In this document: positions 20,649 to 30,900 of the stretch, one piece after another
Layout of the letters: each line of letters opens with the position of its first letter
Numbering within the stretch: position 1 is the first letter of the stretch
Source of the DNA: a bacterium
GTDB taxonomy: Bacteria > Zhuqueibacterota > Zhuqueibacteria > Residuimicrobiales > Krinioviventaceae
Length of the DNA stretch: 64,000 bases
Direction: 5' to 3'
NCBI GenBank assembly: GCA_963675755.2
Contig: CAXXMD010000003.1
Location: 1,760,001-1,824,000, forward strand
The notes under the pieces: generated by a model
What the model saw: only the letters and a program-made list of their open reading frames with translations
Told to the model about the DNA's origin: nothing
Databases searched by the model: none
Made by a program: the position numbers and the translations under genes

Positions 20649-21943
20649 ATGTGTAATGTTTTGGTTCAGACGGGACCTGCGTTTGCAAGACAACGCAGGC
20701 CTGTTTGAAGCCCTGAATAGTGGATATAAAGTAGTCCCCGTTTTTATTTTTGATACAGTTATTTTAGACCCCTTAAAAGACCCAAAAGATAAGCGCGTTA
20801 CGTTTATCCATTCAACATTAAAATCCTTACACAATCAACTTTTAGATGTTAAAAGTGGTTTGATTGTCAGGCATGGTGAGCTTGAGGTGGTTTGGAATGA
20901 ATTGTTTAACAGGTACAAACCCAAAGCACTTTATTTAAACCACGATTATGAGCCTTATGCCATTGAGCGAGATAATCGTATTGAAAAACTCTGTAAATCC
21001 CAGGGAATAAGATTTCGGAGTTGTAAAGATCAGGTGATTTTTGAAAAAGATGAGGTAGTAAAGCCGGATGGAAAGCCATATACGGTATTTACTCCTTTTA
21101 AAAACAGATGGCTGAAAACACTCCAACCCACTGATCTTGAAACAAAAGATTCAAAAGCGAATTTAAATCAGTTTTTCAAGTTTGAAAATACTCCTCAACT
21201 GCCGGGATTAAAAGAAATAGGATTCGAGCCTGCTGATACCCGTTTCCCGGATAGTGTTCCGGATCTGCAAATCATTCGCAATTATCACAGTACACGGGAT
21301 TTTCCGGCTATTGATGGAACAACCCATCTGGGGCTGCATTTGCGCTTTGGAACGGTCAGTATCAGAGAGCTGGTTCAGCTTGCAATACATGAAAATGATG
21401 TCTGGCTTTCGGAATTGATTTGGCGCGAGTTTTTTATGATGATTTTATATCATTTTCCCCCATGTTGAAAACCAATCTTTTCGGGAGAAATATAAAAACT
21501 TTCCCTGGCGGCACGATCCCGAGGCGTTTGAGCTTTGGTGCAACGGGCAAACCGGGTATCCTCTGGTGGATGCAGGTATGCGCGAATTGAACCAAACCGG
21601 ATATATGCACAACCGGGTCCGAATGATTACAGCTTCTTTTCTGAGTAAACATTTGTTGCTGGACTGGCGGTTGGGTGAACGGTATTTTGCTGAAAAACTG
21701 CTGGACTATGATTTGTCTGCCAATAATGGAAACTGGCAATGGGCCGCAGGAACGGGATGTGACGCCGCTCCGTTTTTTCGTATTTTTAATCCTACTACGC
21801 AGCAGCAAAAGTTTGACAAGGATTTCAAGTATATAAAAAAATGGGTGCCAAATGTGCATACGCCAGAATATTCTGGCCCGATTGTTGATCATTCTTTTGC
21901 CAGAAAGCGCGCTTTGGCTGCGTTTCATGGTTATTTTGATTAA
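20629..21943 (+). pseudogene. phrB: Deoxyribodipyrimidine (CPD) photolyase, split by a +1 frameshift
   Basis: N-terminal WFRRDLRLQDN and ELIWREFF are in one frame; DAGMREL, MHNRVRM and NNGNWQW are in another. Deleting one C from the C5 run at 21457-21461 restores HFPHVENQSFREKY and a 437-aa ORF. Confidence 0.88.
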
Positions 21944-22099
21944 CTCAAATGCTAAAAAGATATTTTATTATTATCTATATACTGATTTATATCAGAGTTT
22001 TAGATAATATTTTCGTTTTTTTAAAAAGATATAATTTGATTTTAAAAATTAATTATAATAAATTGATATATTATAATATATGCTATTCAGGAATAATAT

Positions 22100-23326
22100 A
22101 TGAACGAAATTAACAAGCAGGAACTCGGAAACGTCCTGTTTATCTCCGAAGATGTAGATCTGACCAGATTGTTGAACAATGCTTTTAAACGGTCAGAAAT
22201 TGCTTTTTTTACCAACAGTAAGCAGGGATCACTGGAAATGCTGGGAAGGAAAGCTATTGATCTTGTGATATATGACTATCAATTGGCCCAGTCTGAATCT
22301 TTTGATTTTTTAAAGCAAATAAAATCCCAGCACCCTGATGTGCTGCGAGTCATACTAGGTGGATTTGTTGAGCAGCCGGCTGTAGTCAAAGCATTGACAG
22401 ATGGCCTTGCCGTCTCTTCATTTACCAAACCCCGGGATGCCAATGCAACTGAAATCCGCAAGGGATTGAATCGGATTTTAAATATCAGAAAGATATTACA
22501 CGGTAAAAAACTTGCTACTTTGATGAACAGTATCGAGTCTCTGCCTCATTTACCCTTGTTATATCAGGAATTTATGAAAGCTGTTGAGAGCAGGGCTGAT
22601 TATCAGGATTTCTCCCGGATTATCGAAAAAGATGCTTCTGTTGCTTCTGCGGTGCTGCATGTAACCAATTCAGCTTTTTACGGTAATATGGGTACTGCAT
22701 CGCTAGAACATGCAATCATGTATTTAGGTGTTGATGCTGTTCGGGATATCGTTTTGGCTGTTTCTCTTGCCAATCTCAAACCCTTGTCTCAAAAGCAAAT
22801 GGAAGAATTTCAGAAAATCATTAAACATTCTGCCTTTGTTAATAAATATCTGCAATATCTCTATAAATTGATGAATAACGAAACAATAAACTCTAATTAT
22901 AAATCTGTGGGTATCACTCACGATATTGGTAAAATTGTTTTGTTGCAATATTTCCCTGACCGATATGATGAAGTTATTGCTTGTATGAAGAGGAATCCCG
23001 AGTTGTCATTTTACGAATGTGAATTGTCGTTGGGATTTTCGGAAAGCACTCACGCGGAAATTGGTGCGTATCTGTTAGATCTATGGAATCTGCCGGATAT
23101 CTGTATAGAGGTTGCTTTGTTCCATCACCAAATTGATAAAAAAGACAGCAAGTTTACCAATATACTGGAAGCCGCTCATCTTGCCAATGATATCATCTGT
23201 GCTATTGAAAAAGGCGCAGATGAAAACAGTCTGAACTTTGGCCAGTTTCACATGGCCCATACTTTTAAAGATATTTTTGATGAGGTTGTAAGCCAAATTT
23301 ATCGCGACTATCTAGCCCTTAAATAA
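22100..23326 (+). CDS. Receiver-like + HDOD domain signalling protein
   Basis: Degenerate N-terminal receiver; HDOD motifs LPHLP, NSAFYG, THDIGK, THAEIGAYLLDLWNLP and FHH. Confidence 0.88.
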   Translation: MNEINKQELGNVLFISEDVDLTRLLNNAFKRSEIAFFTNSKQGSLEMLGRKAIDLVIYDYQLAQSESFDFLKQIKSQHPDVLRVILGGFVEQPAVVKALTDGLAVSSFTKPRDANATEIRKGLNRILNIRKILHGKKLATLMNSIESLPHLPLLYQEFMKAVESRADYQDFSRIIEKDASVASAVLHVTNSAFYGNMGTASLEHAIMYLGVDAVRDIVLAVSLANLKPLSQKQMEEFQKIIKHSAFVNKYLQYLYKLMNNETINSNYKSVGITHDIGKIVLLQYFPDRYDEVIACMKRNPELSFYECELSLGFSESTHAEIGAYLLDLWNLPDICIEVALFHHQIDKKDSKFTNILEAAHLANDIICAIEKGADENSLNFGQFHMAHTFKDIFDEVVSQIYRDYLALK

Positions 23327-23355
23327 ATCCAATTTTAAAATACGCAAAATATGTG

Positions 23356-23390
23356 ATCGGTACGAATAATTTTCGTACCGATTTTGTTTT
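23356..23390 (+). terminator. Intrinsic terminator
   Basis: 11-bp stem ATCGGTACGAA/TTCGTACCGAT followed by a T-rich tract. Confidence 0.7.
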
Positions 23391-23452
23391 TATATATAAC
23401 CTGTGTACCTGCAACTGTAATAAAAATAGTCCCTTGTGGCTATTGAAATCTT

Positions 23453-23468
23453 TGGCAGGCATTTTGAT
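23453..23468 (+). promoter_or_regulatory. Possible sigma-54 (-24/-12) promoter
   Basis: TGGCAGGCATTTTGAT has GG-N10-GA spacing, with GA instead of GC at -12, 40 bp upstream of the DUF3160 gene. Confidence 0.3.
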
Positions 23469-23507
23469 AGTATAAAAGTGTAATACTAGAAAATAGCGAG
23501 GGTTGTT

Positions 23508-26081
23508 ATGAAAATATATATATTGAAAATTGCATTTATTGTATGTTTTATTATTCCGTCGCTGATGTGGGGGCAGGAAAATTTTAGTTTTGAAGCCTAC
23601 CAGGACTATTTAAAAGCTACTGAAAACATGTCTGTTGATGCATTGTCATCAGAATATCCCATACAGAATACATATTATAAACAATTGAATACTGAGCATT
23701 CAATCGAATCCGCTGCCTATCTGGATTCTGTGATAGAAAAATACGAGTTGACCGAAGATGAGGTACAGCTGTTAAAGAATAATCATTTTATGGTGACAGA
23801 GCGTCTAAAGTTTAGTGCAATTGGCCAGGCATTCCATGATATTTATATCAAAGATATGCCGGTTTTTGTAACTACTGATGCAATTTTACAGGCGTTGCAT
23901 TCTTCATATGATCGAATTTTGATGGACCTTGAAATTGAATTGCTGGAGCCTTCATTGGATATCCAGTTGGAAAAGATGTATGAGCGGATGCCGGATCTTT
24001 TGAGCAAATATGCGAATGCAGGGTTTGATAATGAGCTGGGTGATGTTGATCTTTATATTACCATGGCCCTCTCATTATTAAGGGGGGAGGCCCAGCATAC
24101 CCAGTCTGGATTTGTAGACAATTTTGATGATGTTTGGCAGTCAATACAAGCTGAACAACCGGCATCCATGTCCCTTTTTACATTTGAGGAAAGAAAACGT
24201 CAGATTGATTTTAGCCAATTTACAGTGCGAGGACACTATACAAAGACGTACTGGAAAGATGGTGAGTCAAGAACGCTGGAAGATTATTTCAAGGCCATGA
24301 TGTGGTTGGGTCGTATTGATTTCTGGCTGACACCTCCGCCAGTGAATCCTTTTGAAAAAGAGTGGGAATGGTACGAGGTCCAGCGAATGGCGCGTGCTTC
24401 GCTCTTGATGAATGAGTTGATGGAAAGTGCGAATGTTTGGGAGCAACAGGAAGAGATAGACAAAATTATCACTTTTTTTGTAGGTGAAAGTGATAACATG
24501 ACACCTGCTGAACTGGCCCAGGTATGTTACGACAACAGTATAACCGTTGAATCCCTGGCGGATAGTGCAAGTATGGCTGCGTTTCAGGAAAAGTTGTTAG
24601 GTTCAGATGAATATGGCCAGAAAATTTTATCATCCATTATGATGATGGATCCCTACAGTGACGAGCCCGGTGTTTTACCGGTATCTTATAAATTGATGGG
24701 GCAGCGGTTTATTATTGATTCCTATGTACTTGGTAACGTTGTCTTTGACCGCATTGTTTTCAATGGGGCCAAGGTATGGCGCCCATTACCTTCCCCTTTG
24801 GATGCAATGTTTGTACTGGGCAATGATAATACCCTGCCCCTTTTAAAAGAAGAGTTGGAAACATACAACTATGCACAGAATTTGGCAAGTTTGAGATATC
24901 TGGTAGAAAGCTATGATGATTCTTATTGGGAAAAATCTTTATATAATGTCTGGCTGAATACCATACGAACCATTAATCCTGCTCAGGACCTTGAAACCTA
25001 TCCAGAGTTTATGAAATCTGCGGCATGGCACCAGTTAAAAATCAATACGCAACTGGCATCGTGGGCGCAGTTACGTCACGACAATTTGTTATACGCAAAA
25101 CAATCCTATACCGGTGCAACGGGATGTTCTTTTCCGCATTCATTTGTTGAGCCATATCCCGAGTTTTACAGAGGTATTCAGTTGTTTGCAGACAAGGCCG
25201 CAGCCTTTTTTGAAGGATATTCTCAAGACAGTTATATAATGCCCAATATTTTGGACTATTTTGAAAGACTGGGAAACAATATAGTAAAGTTAGAGTCGCT
25301 TTCATTAAAAGAATTGAACAATGAAACATTTAATGACAATGATGTTGAGTTCTTGCAATCCATGTTGTTTATAGGGGGTGGAAGCGGGCAGCCACCGTTT
25401 ACTGGTTGGTATGCAGATTTGTATTACGAACGGGAAGATCCGGCATTAATTGACCATGTTATTGCCGATGTGCACACACAACCTACCGATCAAGGGGGCG
25501 CACCAGTAGGTCATGTGCTGCATGTTTCTGTAGGCAAGTTTCAGCTTGGTTTTTTTGCTGCACCTTGTCCTACAAATGAATACGAAACAATGATCTTTGT
25601 GGGGCCGGTCATGTCGTATTATCAGCAAGTTACCAAAGATTTTAAACGATTGACCGACGAAGAGTGGAAAGAATCGGTAGAAACTGGTAATGTGCCGGAC
25701 CGTCCCGACTGGGTAAATATCTTCCTGGCTGATGAAACCGGAAATGCAATGCAGCAGGGGCGCGAGCTTCCGGCTGTAGTGCTGACCGATATTGGTAATG
25801 AGCAGGAGGCAGTGCCAATGCAATTCAGTCTTGAAGATAATTACCCAAACCCGTTCAACCCGCAAACAACGATTCATTATTCGATTGCCGCAGGTGGTCA
25901 TGTGAAGCTGTCTGTGTACGATCTACTTGGACGAGAAATACAGGTTCTGGTTAATGGAAATAAAGCAGCAGGCAGGCATCAGGCTGTATGGAATTCTGAA
26001 AAATTTGCTAGTGGAATATACTTTTACAAAATCGTGTCAGGTAGCTTTACAGCAACCAAAAAAATGACACTTTTGAAATAA
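23508..26081 (+). CDS. DUF3160 domain protein with T9SS-type-A-like C-terminal sorting domain
   Basis: Signal peptide, motifs DFSQFTVRGHY, YFKAMMWLGR, GQRFIIDS and LASWAQLRHDNLLYAKQSY, and tail NYPNPFNP...SGIYFY...KKMTLLK. Confidence 0.85.
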   Translation: MKIYILKIAFIVCFIIPSLMWGQENFSFEAYQDYLKATENMSVDALSSEYPIQNTYYKQLNTEHSIESAAYLDSVIEKYELTEDEVQLLKNNHFMVTERLKFSAIGQAFHDIYIKDMPVFVTTDAILQALHSSYDRILMDLEIELLEPSLDIQLEKMYERMPDLLSKYANAGFDNELGDVDLYITMALSLLRGEAQHTQSGFVDNFDDVWQSIQAEQPASMSLFTFEERKRQIDFSQFTVRGHYTKTYWKDGESRTLEDYFKAMMWLGRIDFWLTPPPVNPFEKEWEWYEVQRMARASLLMNELMESANVWEQQEEIDKIITFFVGESDNMTPAELAQVCYDNSITVESLADSASMAAFQEKLLGSDEYGQKILSSIMMMDPYSDEPGVLPVSYKLMGQRFIIDSYVLGNVVFDRIVFNGAKVWRPLPSPLDAMFVLGNDNTLPLLKEELETYNYAQNLASLRYLVESYDDSYWEKSLYNVWLNTIRTINPAQDLETYPEFMKSAAWHQLKINTQLASWAQLRHDNLLYAKQSYTGATGCSFPHSFVEPYPEFYRGIQLFADKAAAFFEGYSQDSYIMPNILDYFERLGNNIVKLESLSLKELNNETFNDNDVEFLQSMLFIGGGSGQPPFTGWYADLYYEREDPALIDHVIADVHTQPTDQGGAPVGHVLHVSVGKFQLGFFAAPCPTNEYETMIFVGPVMSYYQQVTKDFKRLTDEEWKESVETGNVPDRPDWVNIFLADETGNAMQQGRELPAVVLTDIGNEQEAVPMQFSLEDNYPNPFNPQTTIHYSIAAGGHVKLSVYDLLGREIQVLVNGNKAAGRHQAVWNSEKFASGIYFYKIVSGSFTATKKMTLLK

Positions 26082-26112
26082 ATACCCTCCCTTCCAAGCT
26101 GTCCCTTGGCCC

Positions 26113-26147
26113 AAAAAAAGGAACCCTTCCCCGGGGTTCCTTTTTTT
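26113..26147. terminator. Bidirectional intrinsic terminator
   Basis: A7-GGAACCC-loop-GGGTTCC-T7. Confidence 0.8.
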
Positions 26148-26232
26148 ATTTTTATATTGCATTATCTTTTTTTATTACATAATTTAAATAAGGGTGTTTT
26201 ACTTTTTTTGTGGAAAACCAGAGGGGTGTTTC

Positions 26233-28788
26233 ATGAATTTTAAATCGATTGTTGTTTTTATCTTTTGCATTGTTTTTTCAATAGCGTGCTTTGCTCAGGA
26301 TGATTTTGATATTCAAGCTTATGAGCAGTATTTGTCTGATAATGTAAATATGTCTGCCCGGGAATTGTTAGATGCCTATCCGTCTCCTTCTACTTATTAT
26401 AGAGAGCTGGGAAGTCAACAACCAGCATCTACCGCACTTTATCTTGATTCTGCCATTGTTAAATATGGATTGACGGCAGATGAGCTGGATTTGTTGAATG
26501 CGAACCATTTTGTTGTAACAGAAAGAAAATCTAAAAGTTCTCAGGGACAAATGTTTTTTGATATTTACAACAATGATTTGCCGGTTTTTCTCTCAACAGA
26601 TGCGATATTAAATTGCCTTCATACCGCGTACGATAATGTTTTGTGGGATATTGAGGCTGTGTTATTGAATCCCATGCTGGGTAGTCTTTTGGTGGCGTTG
26701 TATGAATCTGTTCCAGAGTTGATTGAAAAACATCAAGGGGTTGAGCTGGAAAAAGCATTGGCTGATGTGGATTTGTATGTATCTATGGCACTTTCTCTGT
26801 ATAAAAAGCAAAAAGTTTTACCACAAACCGATTGTATGACAGATTTTGAAAAGATATGGGCGTATATTGAATCTGAGGATGCAGCACAATGGTCATTATT
26901 TTCAGAAAGAGAACGGTTTTTTGATTTTAGTCAATTTACAGTTCGGGGGCATTATGCCGAGCTAAATCCCGAGACCTATGAGACTCTTGATGGTTATTTT
27001 CAAGCCATGATGTGGTTGGGTAGAATTGATTTTTGGCTATCGTCACCTTCTGAAACACCGACTGACAATGCGTGGGAGTGGAGTGATTTACAGCGAATGG
27101 CTCAGGTATCACTACTTTTAAATGAGTTGCTGACCCTTGCGGATGCCTGGTATGAATTAAATCAGATAAATGAAATGATTGGGTTCTTTACAGGTGAGAG
27201 TGATAACCTTACACCACAGGAATTGAAAAATCTTGTCGAGAGTGAGAATGTTACCCTGTCTTCCATCTCGGACAGTGATGGATTTGCTGGTTTTCAGAAC
27301 CGGCTGCTAGAATCGGATGAATTTGGACAAAAGATTTTGTCATCAATTATCAAGATGGACCCGTTCAATACCGAGCCGGGCAAGCTGCCAATTTCTTACA
27401 AGCTCATGGGGCAGCGGTTTGTTATTGATTCTTATGTGCTTGCCAATGTTGTGTTTGATCGCATTGTGTTTAATGGAGATAAAGTTTGGCGGCCAATGCC
27501 TGATCCGCTTGACGCCATGTTTGCGTTGGGTAATGACAATGCTCTGCCGCTGCTTGAACAAGATTTGGAGCAATATCACTATTCTCAAAACCTGGCAGGA
27601 TTAAGATACCTGGTAGATAATTACAATACAGACTTTTGGGAAATGTCTTTATATAATGTCTGGTTGAGTGCAATCCGTACGTTGAATCCAAAAGAGGTTG
27701 AATCGTATCCCTTGTTCATGCAATCCGCGGCATGGCAGCAATTAAAGTTAAATACACAACTGGCATCGTGGGCGCAGTTACGTCACGACAATCTTTTGTA
27801 TGCGAAACAGTCATACACCGGTGGTTCGGGCTGTTCTTTTCCTCATTCGTATATTGAACCGAATCCTGAATTCTTTCATTGTATAGGAGTTTTTGCCAAC
27901 AAGGCTGCTGAATATTTTTCTTTATTTTCAACAGATAATGATTTAATGAGTTCAATCTCCGGGTATTTTGAAAAGCTGGGAGACATTACAGTAAAATTAA
28001 AAGGCCTTGCAGAAAAAGAATTAAACCGAGAACCTTTTTCTGAGGCCGAAATTGAATATTTGCAATGTATGCTTTATTATCCGGGTATATGTGGTGATCC
28101 TGTGCATTTGGGGTGGTATAAGGATTTTTTCTACCGGGAACAGGCAGTATTTGATTCTGAATGCATAATTGCAGATGTTCATACTCAGCCTGAAAATGAA
28201 TATGGACACAAAGTTGGCAGGGTATTGCACGTGGGAACTGCAGCCTTTGATATGGGATTTTTTATTGCTCCTTCACCTTCGAACAATTTTGAACCCATGG
28301 TGTTTGTAGGGCCGGTAATGTCATATTATGAATTAATAACAGACAGGTTTAATAGATTGACTGATTTTGATTGGTGCAGAATTGTGATTGATGATAAACT
28401 GCCTGAAAGACCGGATTGGGTCAATGTCTATCTGGCGGATAAAGAGGGGAAGGGGCGGGATATCGGGCGGACTTTACCCTCTGTTGTGATGACGGATATA
28501 GTAGATAACAATACAAATTCACCGTTTCAATTCAGCCTTGAAGATAATTACCCAAATCCATTTAATCCGTTAACCCGAATTGGATTCACAATGGCGGAAA
28601 AGGGCCATGCAAGGCTGGCAGTTTACGATCTTTTGGGCCGGGAGGTAGAGGTTTTGGTGAATGGTCAACGAAATGCGGGGAAATATGAGGTTGTCTGGAA
28701 TTCCAGGCATCTTCCCAGTGGGGTATATTTTTACAAGTTTGAAACGGAAAGTTGTAAATCGATAAAAAAGATGACACTGGTCAAGTGA
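26233..28788 (+). CDS. Second DUF3160 domain protein with T9SS-type-A-like tail (paralogue of 23508-26081)
   Basis: Same DUF3160 motifs and NYPNPFNP tail; ATG at 26233 chosen because it follows a GAGGGG RBS and starts a signal peptide. Confidence 0.85.
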   Translation: MNFKSIVVFIFCIVFSIACFAQDDFDIQAYEQYLSDNVNMSARELLDAYPSPSTYYRELGSQQPASTALYLDSAIVKYGLTADELDLLNANHFVVTERKSKSSQGQMFFDIYNNDLPVFLSTDAILNCLHTAYDNVLWDIEAVLLNPMLGSLLVALYESVPELIEKHQGVELEKALADVDLYVSMALSLYKKQKVLPQTDCMTDFEKIWAYIESEDAAQWSLFSERERFFDFSQFTVRGHYAELNPETYETLDGYFQAMMWLGRIDFWLSSPSETPTDNAWEWSDLQRMAQVSLLLNELLTLADAWYELNQINEMIGFFTGESDNLTPQELKNLVESENVTLSSISDSDGFAGFQNRLLESDEFGQKILSSIIKMDPFNTEPGKLPISYKLMGQRFVIDSYVLANVVFDRIVFNGDKVWRPMPDPLDAMFALGNDNALPLLEQDLEQYHYSQNLAGLRYLVDNYNTDFWEMSLYNVWLSAIRTLNPKEVESYPLFMQSAAWQQLKLNTQLASWAQLRHDNLLYAKQSYTGGSGCSFPHSYIEPNPEFFHCIGVFANKAAEYFSLFSTDNDLMSSISGYFEKLGDITVKLKGLAEKELNREPFSEAEIEYLQCMLYYPGICGDPVHLGWYKDFFYREQAVFDSECIIADVHTQPENEYGHKVGRVLHVGTAAFDMGFFIAPSPSNNFEPMVFVGPVMSYYELITDRFNRLTDFDWCRIVIDDKLPERPDWVNVYLADKEGKGRDIGRTLPSVVMTDIVDNNTNSPFQFSLEDNYPNPFNPLTRIGFTMAEKGHARLAVYDLLGREVEVLVNGQRNAGKYEVVWNSRHLPSGVYFYKFETESCKSIKKMTLVK

Positions 28789-28801
28789 GCAGACCTCAAT
28801 G

Positions 28802-28837
28802 ATTTCAATAAAGGTCGAACACGGCCTTTATTGAAAT
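28802..28837 (+). terminator. Stem-loop downstream of DUF3160 paralogue
   Basis: ATTTCAATAAAGGTCG/CGGCCTTTATTGAAAT, a 16-bp stem with one G-U pair. Confidence 0.55.
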
Positions 28838-29110
28838 ATTCATTTTTGTAGGATATTTTTATAATTCCTTCAAAATAGTTGTTTTTACACCCACCTTTTG
28901 ATTGCATCAAACAAGACAGCCGTGCTCAAGTCCCTAAAAAACAGCCACTCAATAATTTTGGGTTGGTGGATTTTTATGATATTGCATTTTTTGTTATATA
29001 CAAAAATGTAGTTTATTTATTTTTTTACTCCAATTTTGTAGGTATATATTTGCACGTTTTTGTTGTAAGTACCTATAAAACAATGTGTTGGGCGCATGTG
29101 GTTTTTTGGT

Positions 29111-29130
29111 ATGATATTTGACAATATCAT
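29111..29130. promoter_or_regulatory. Perfect palindrome (candidate operator) upstream of glnK-amtB
   Basis: ATGATATT-TGAC-AATATCAT, overlapping a TTGACA hexamer, 40 bp before the P-II start. Confidence 0.4.
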
Positions 29131-29169
29131 TAAAACTAACTGTTTTTTATCAATTAACGGGAGTATTAA

Positions 29170-29511
29170 ATGAAACTTGTAATTGCTTATATACAGCCCG
29201 AAAAGCTGAATTCTGTAAAACAGGCACTTTATGAACATGAGATTTACAAAATGTCTGTTACGAATGCTTTGGGTTGTGGTCAGCAGATGGGTTATCATGA
29301 AACCTATCGCGGTACGGACATTGAGGTGAATTTGTTGAAAAAAGTTCGTCTTGAAGTGGCTATCAATAATGATTTTTTGGAACCCACAATTGACGCAATT
29401 ATTCAGGGAGCGCGTACCGGAAATATTGGTGATGGAAAGATCTTTGTGCTTTCTCTGGATGATTGTATTCGCATTCGAACCGGAGAGACTGGCCATGATG
29501 CCATCGGGTAA
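29170..29511 (+). CDS. glnK: P-II nitrogen regulatory protein
   Basis: T-loop YRG and [13 protein letters not shown]...IRIRTGE; directly upstream of amtB. Confidence 0.92.
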   Translation: MKLVIAYIQPEKLNSVKQALYEHEIYKMSVTNALGCGQQMGYHETYRGTDIEVNLLKKVRLEVAINNDFLEPTIDAIIQGARTGNIGDGKIFVLSLDDCIRIRTGETGHDAIG

Positions 29512-29517
29512 ATATTA

Positions 29518-30858
29518 ATGGATCAGATATTAGGAGGAGTTTTGAAAAATTTCAAATTTGGTATTATTGGAGGAGTATTTTTATTCGCTACAAGCTTGTT
29601 TGCCCAGGAAGCAGCTGGTGATGCTGTTTCAGCTAGCGATGTTTTATTTACTGTAAACAATACCTGGATGATGGTTGCCACATTTTTAGTTTTTATAATG
29701 CATTTGGGTTTTGCTACACTTGAAACGGGTTTAACTCGAGCAAAAAACACGGTAAATATTTTATTCAAGAATACATTGATTGTATCCATCGGGTTGCTGA
29801 CCTATACCTTGATGGGTTTCAATTTAATGTATCCTGGTGATGCATGGCTGTTGGGCAAGGTTTTAGGATTTGCCGGCTTTGGCGTTGGCACAGATGCGGC
29901 AGGCTTGACAAGTGCTTATAATCCTGGTTATACCTATTGGACAGATTTCTTGTTTCAGGGAATGTTTGCCGCTACCGCAGCTACTATTGTTTCTGGTGCT
30001 GTTGCAGAACGTATAAAGCTGAACAGTTTTCTTATTTTTTCTATGATTTATATTGCCATTGTTTATCCCATCGTTGGTTCATGGGGATGGGGTGGCGGTT
30101 GGCTCGCTAAGTTGAATTTTCATGATTTTGCAGGTTCTACCTTTGTACATTCTGTTGGCGGATGGGCGGCCCTGGTTGGCGCAATTGTTCTGGGTCCACG
30201 TACCGGCAAGTTTGTAAATGGCCATATTAAACCCATTATGGGCCATAGCATGCCGCTGGCAGCGATTGGTGTTTTTTTGTTGTGGATGGGCTGGTTTGGT
30301 TTTAATGGCGGCTCTGTATTGTCCGCCGATCCCGGTGCTGTATCCTATGTTCTGGTTACTACCTCTCTTGCCGCTTCTGCCGGAATTATTTCTTCGATGA
30401 TCACTTCATGGTCTGTACAAAAGAAACCGGATCTGACTATGGTCTTGAATGGTTCTCTTGCCGGTTTGGTTGGTATTACAGCTGGTGCAGACGTTGTGTC
30501 TATTCCCTCTGCAATTATTATCGGTTTAATTGCCGGTGTTATTGTTGTTTTCTCCGTGCTGGCTGTTGATCATCTAAAAATTGATGATCCTGTTGGTGCT
30601 ATCTCTGTGCATCTGGTTTGTGGTGTTTGGGGAACATTGGCAGTTGGTATTTTTAGTAAGGAATATAGCATTTTAAACCAACTCATTGGTGTATTGGCAG
30701 CAGGTGTTTTATGTACAATAGCCGCATTTGCTATTTTCTCGATTTTAAAAGCAACCCTGGGTATCCGTGTTACTGAGGATGAAGAACTGGGTGGTCTTGA
30801 TATTGGTGAACATGGTATGGAAGCATATAGTGGTTTTCAGATCTTTTCAAACCAGTGA
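29518..30858 (+). CDS. amtB: Ammonium transporter
   Basis: Motifs FQGMFAATAATIVSGAVAER, DFAGS.VH, GWFGFNGGS and DDPVGAISVH. An alternative TTG start at 29542 follows AGGAGG. Confidence 0.96.
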   Translation: MDQILGGVLKNFKFGIIGGVFLFATSLFAQEAAGDAVSASDVLFTVNNTWMMVATFLVFIMHLGFATLETGLTRAKNTVNILFKNTLIVSIGLLTYTLMGFNLMYPGDAWLLGKVLGFAGFGVGTDAAGLTSAYNPGYTYWTDFLFQGMFAATAATIVSGAVAERIKLNSFLIFSMIYIAIVYPIVGSWGWGGGWLAKLNFHDFAGSTFVHSVGGWAALVGAIVLGPRTGKFVNGHIKPIMGHSMPLAAIGVFLLWMGWFGFNGGSVLSADPGAVSYVLVTTSLAASAGIISSMITSWSVQKKPDLTMVLNGSLAGLVGITAGADVVSIPSAIIIGLIAGVIVVFSVLAVDHLKIDDPVGAISVHLVCGVWGTLAVGIFSKEYSILNQLIGVLAAGVLCTIAAFAIFSILKATLGIRVTEDEELGGLDIGEHGMEAYSGFQIFSNQ

Positions 30859-30869
30859 TTTTTAAAATG

Positions 30870-30900
30870 TGGCCCGTCTATTTGGCGGGCCATTTTTTTT
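30870..30900 (+). terminator. amtB intrinsic terminator (overlaps the 3' end of the convergent PIN gene)
   Basis: TGGCCCGTC/GGCGGGCCA stem followed by T8. Confidence 0.7.

Noticed and set aside
21944-22099. Extremely AT-rich stretch as a replication origin or island boundary
   Set aside because: No DnaA boxes or iterons were seen; it is consistent with an ordinary promoter region.
28860-28980. Possible glutamine riboswitch upstream of glnK
   Set aside because: Only a weak hairpin is present and no recognisable glnA-motif consensus; it cannot be supported without a covariance search.
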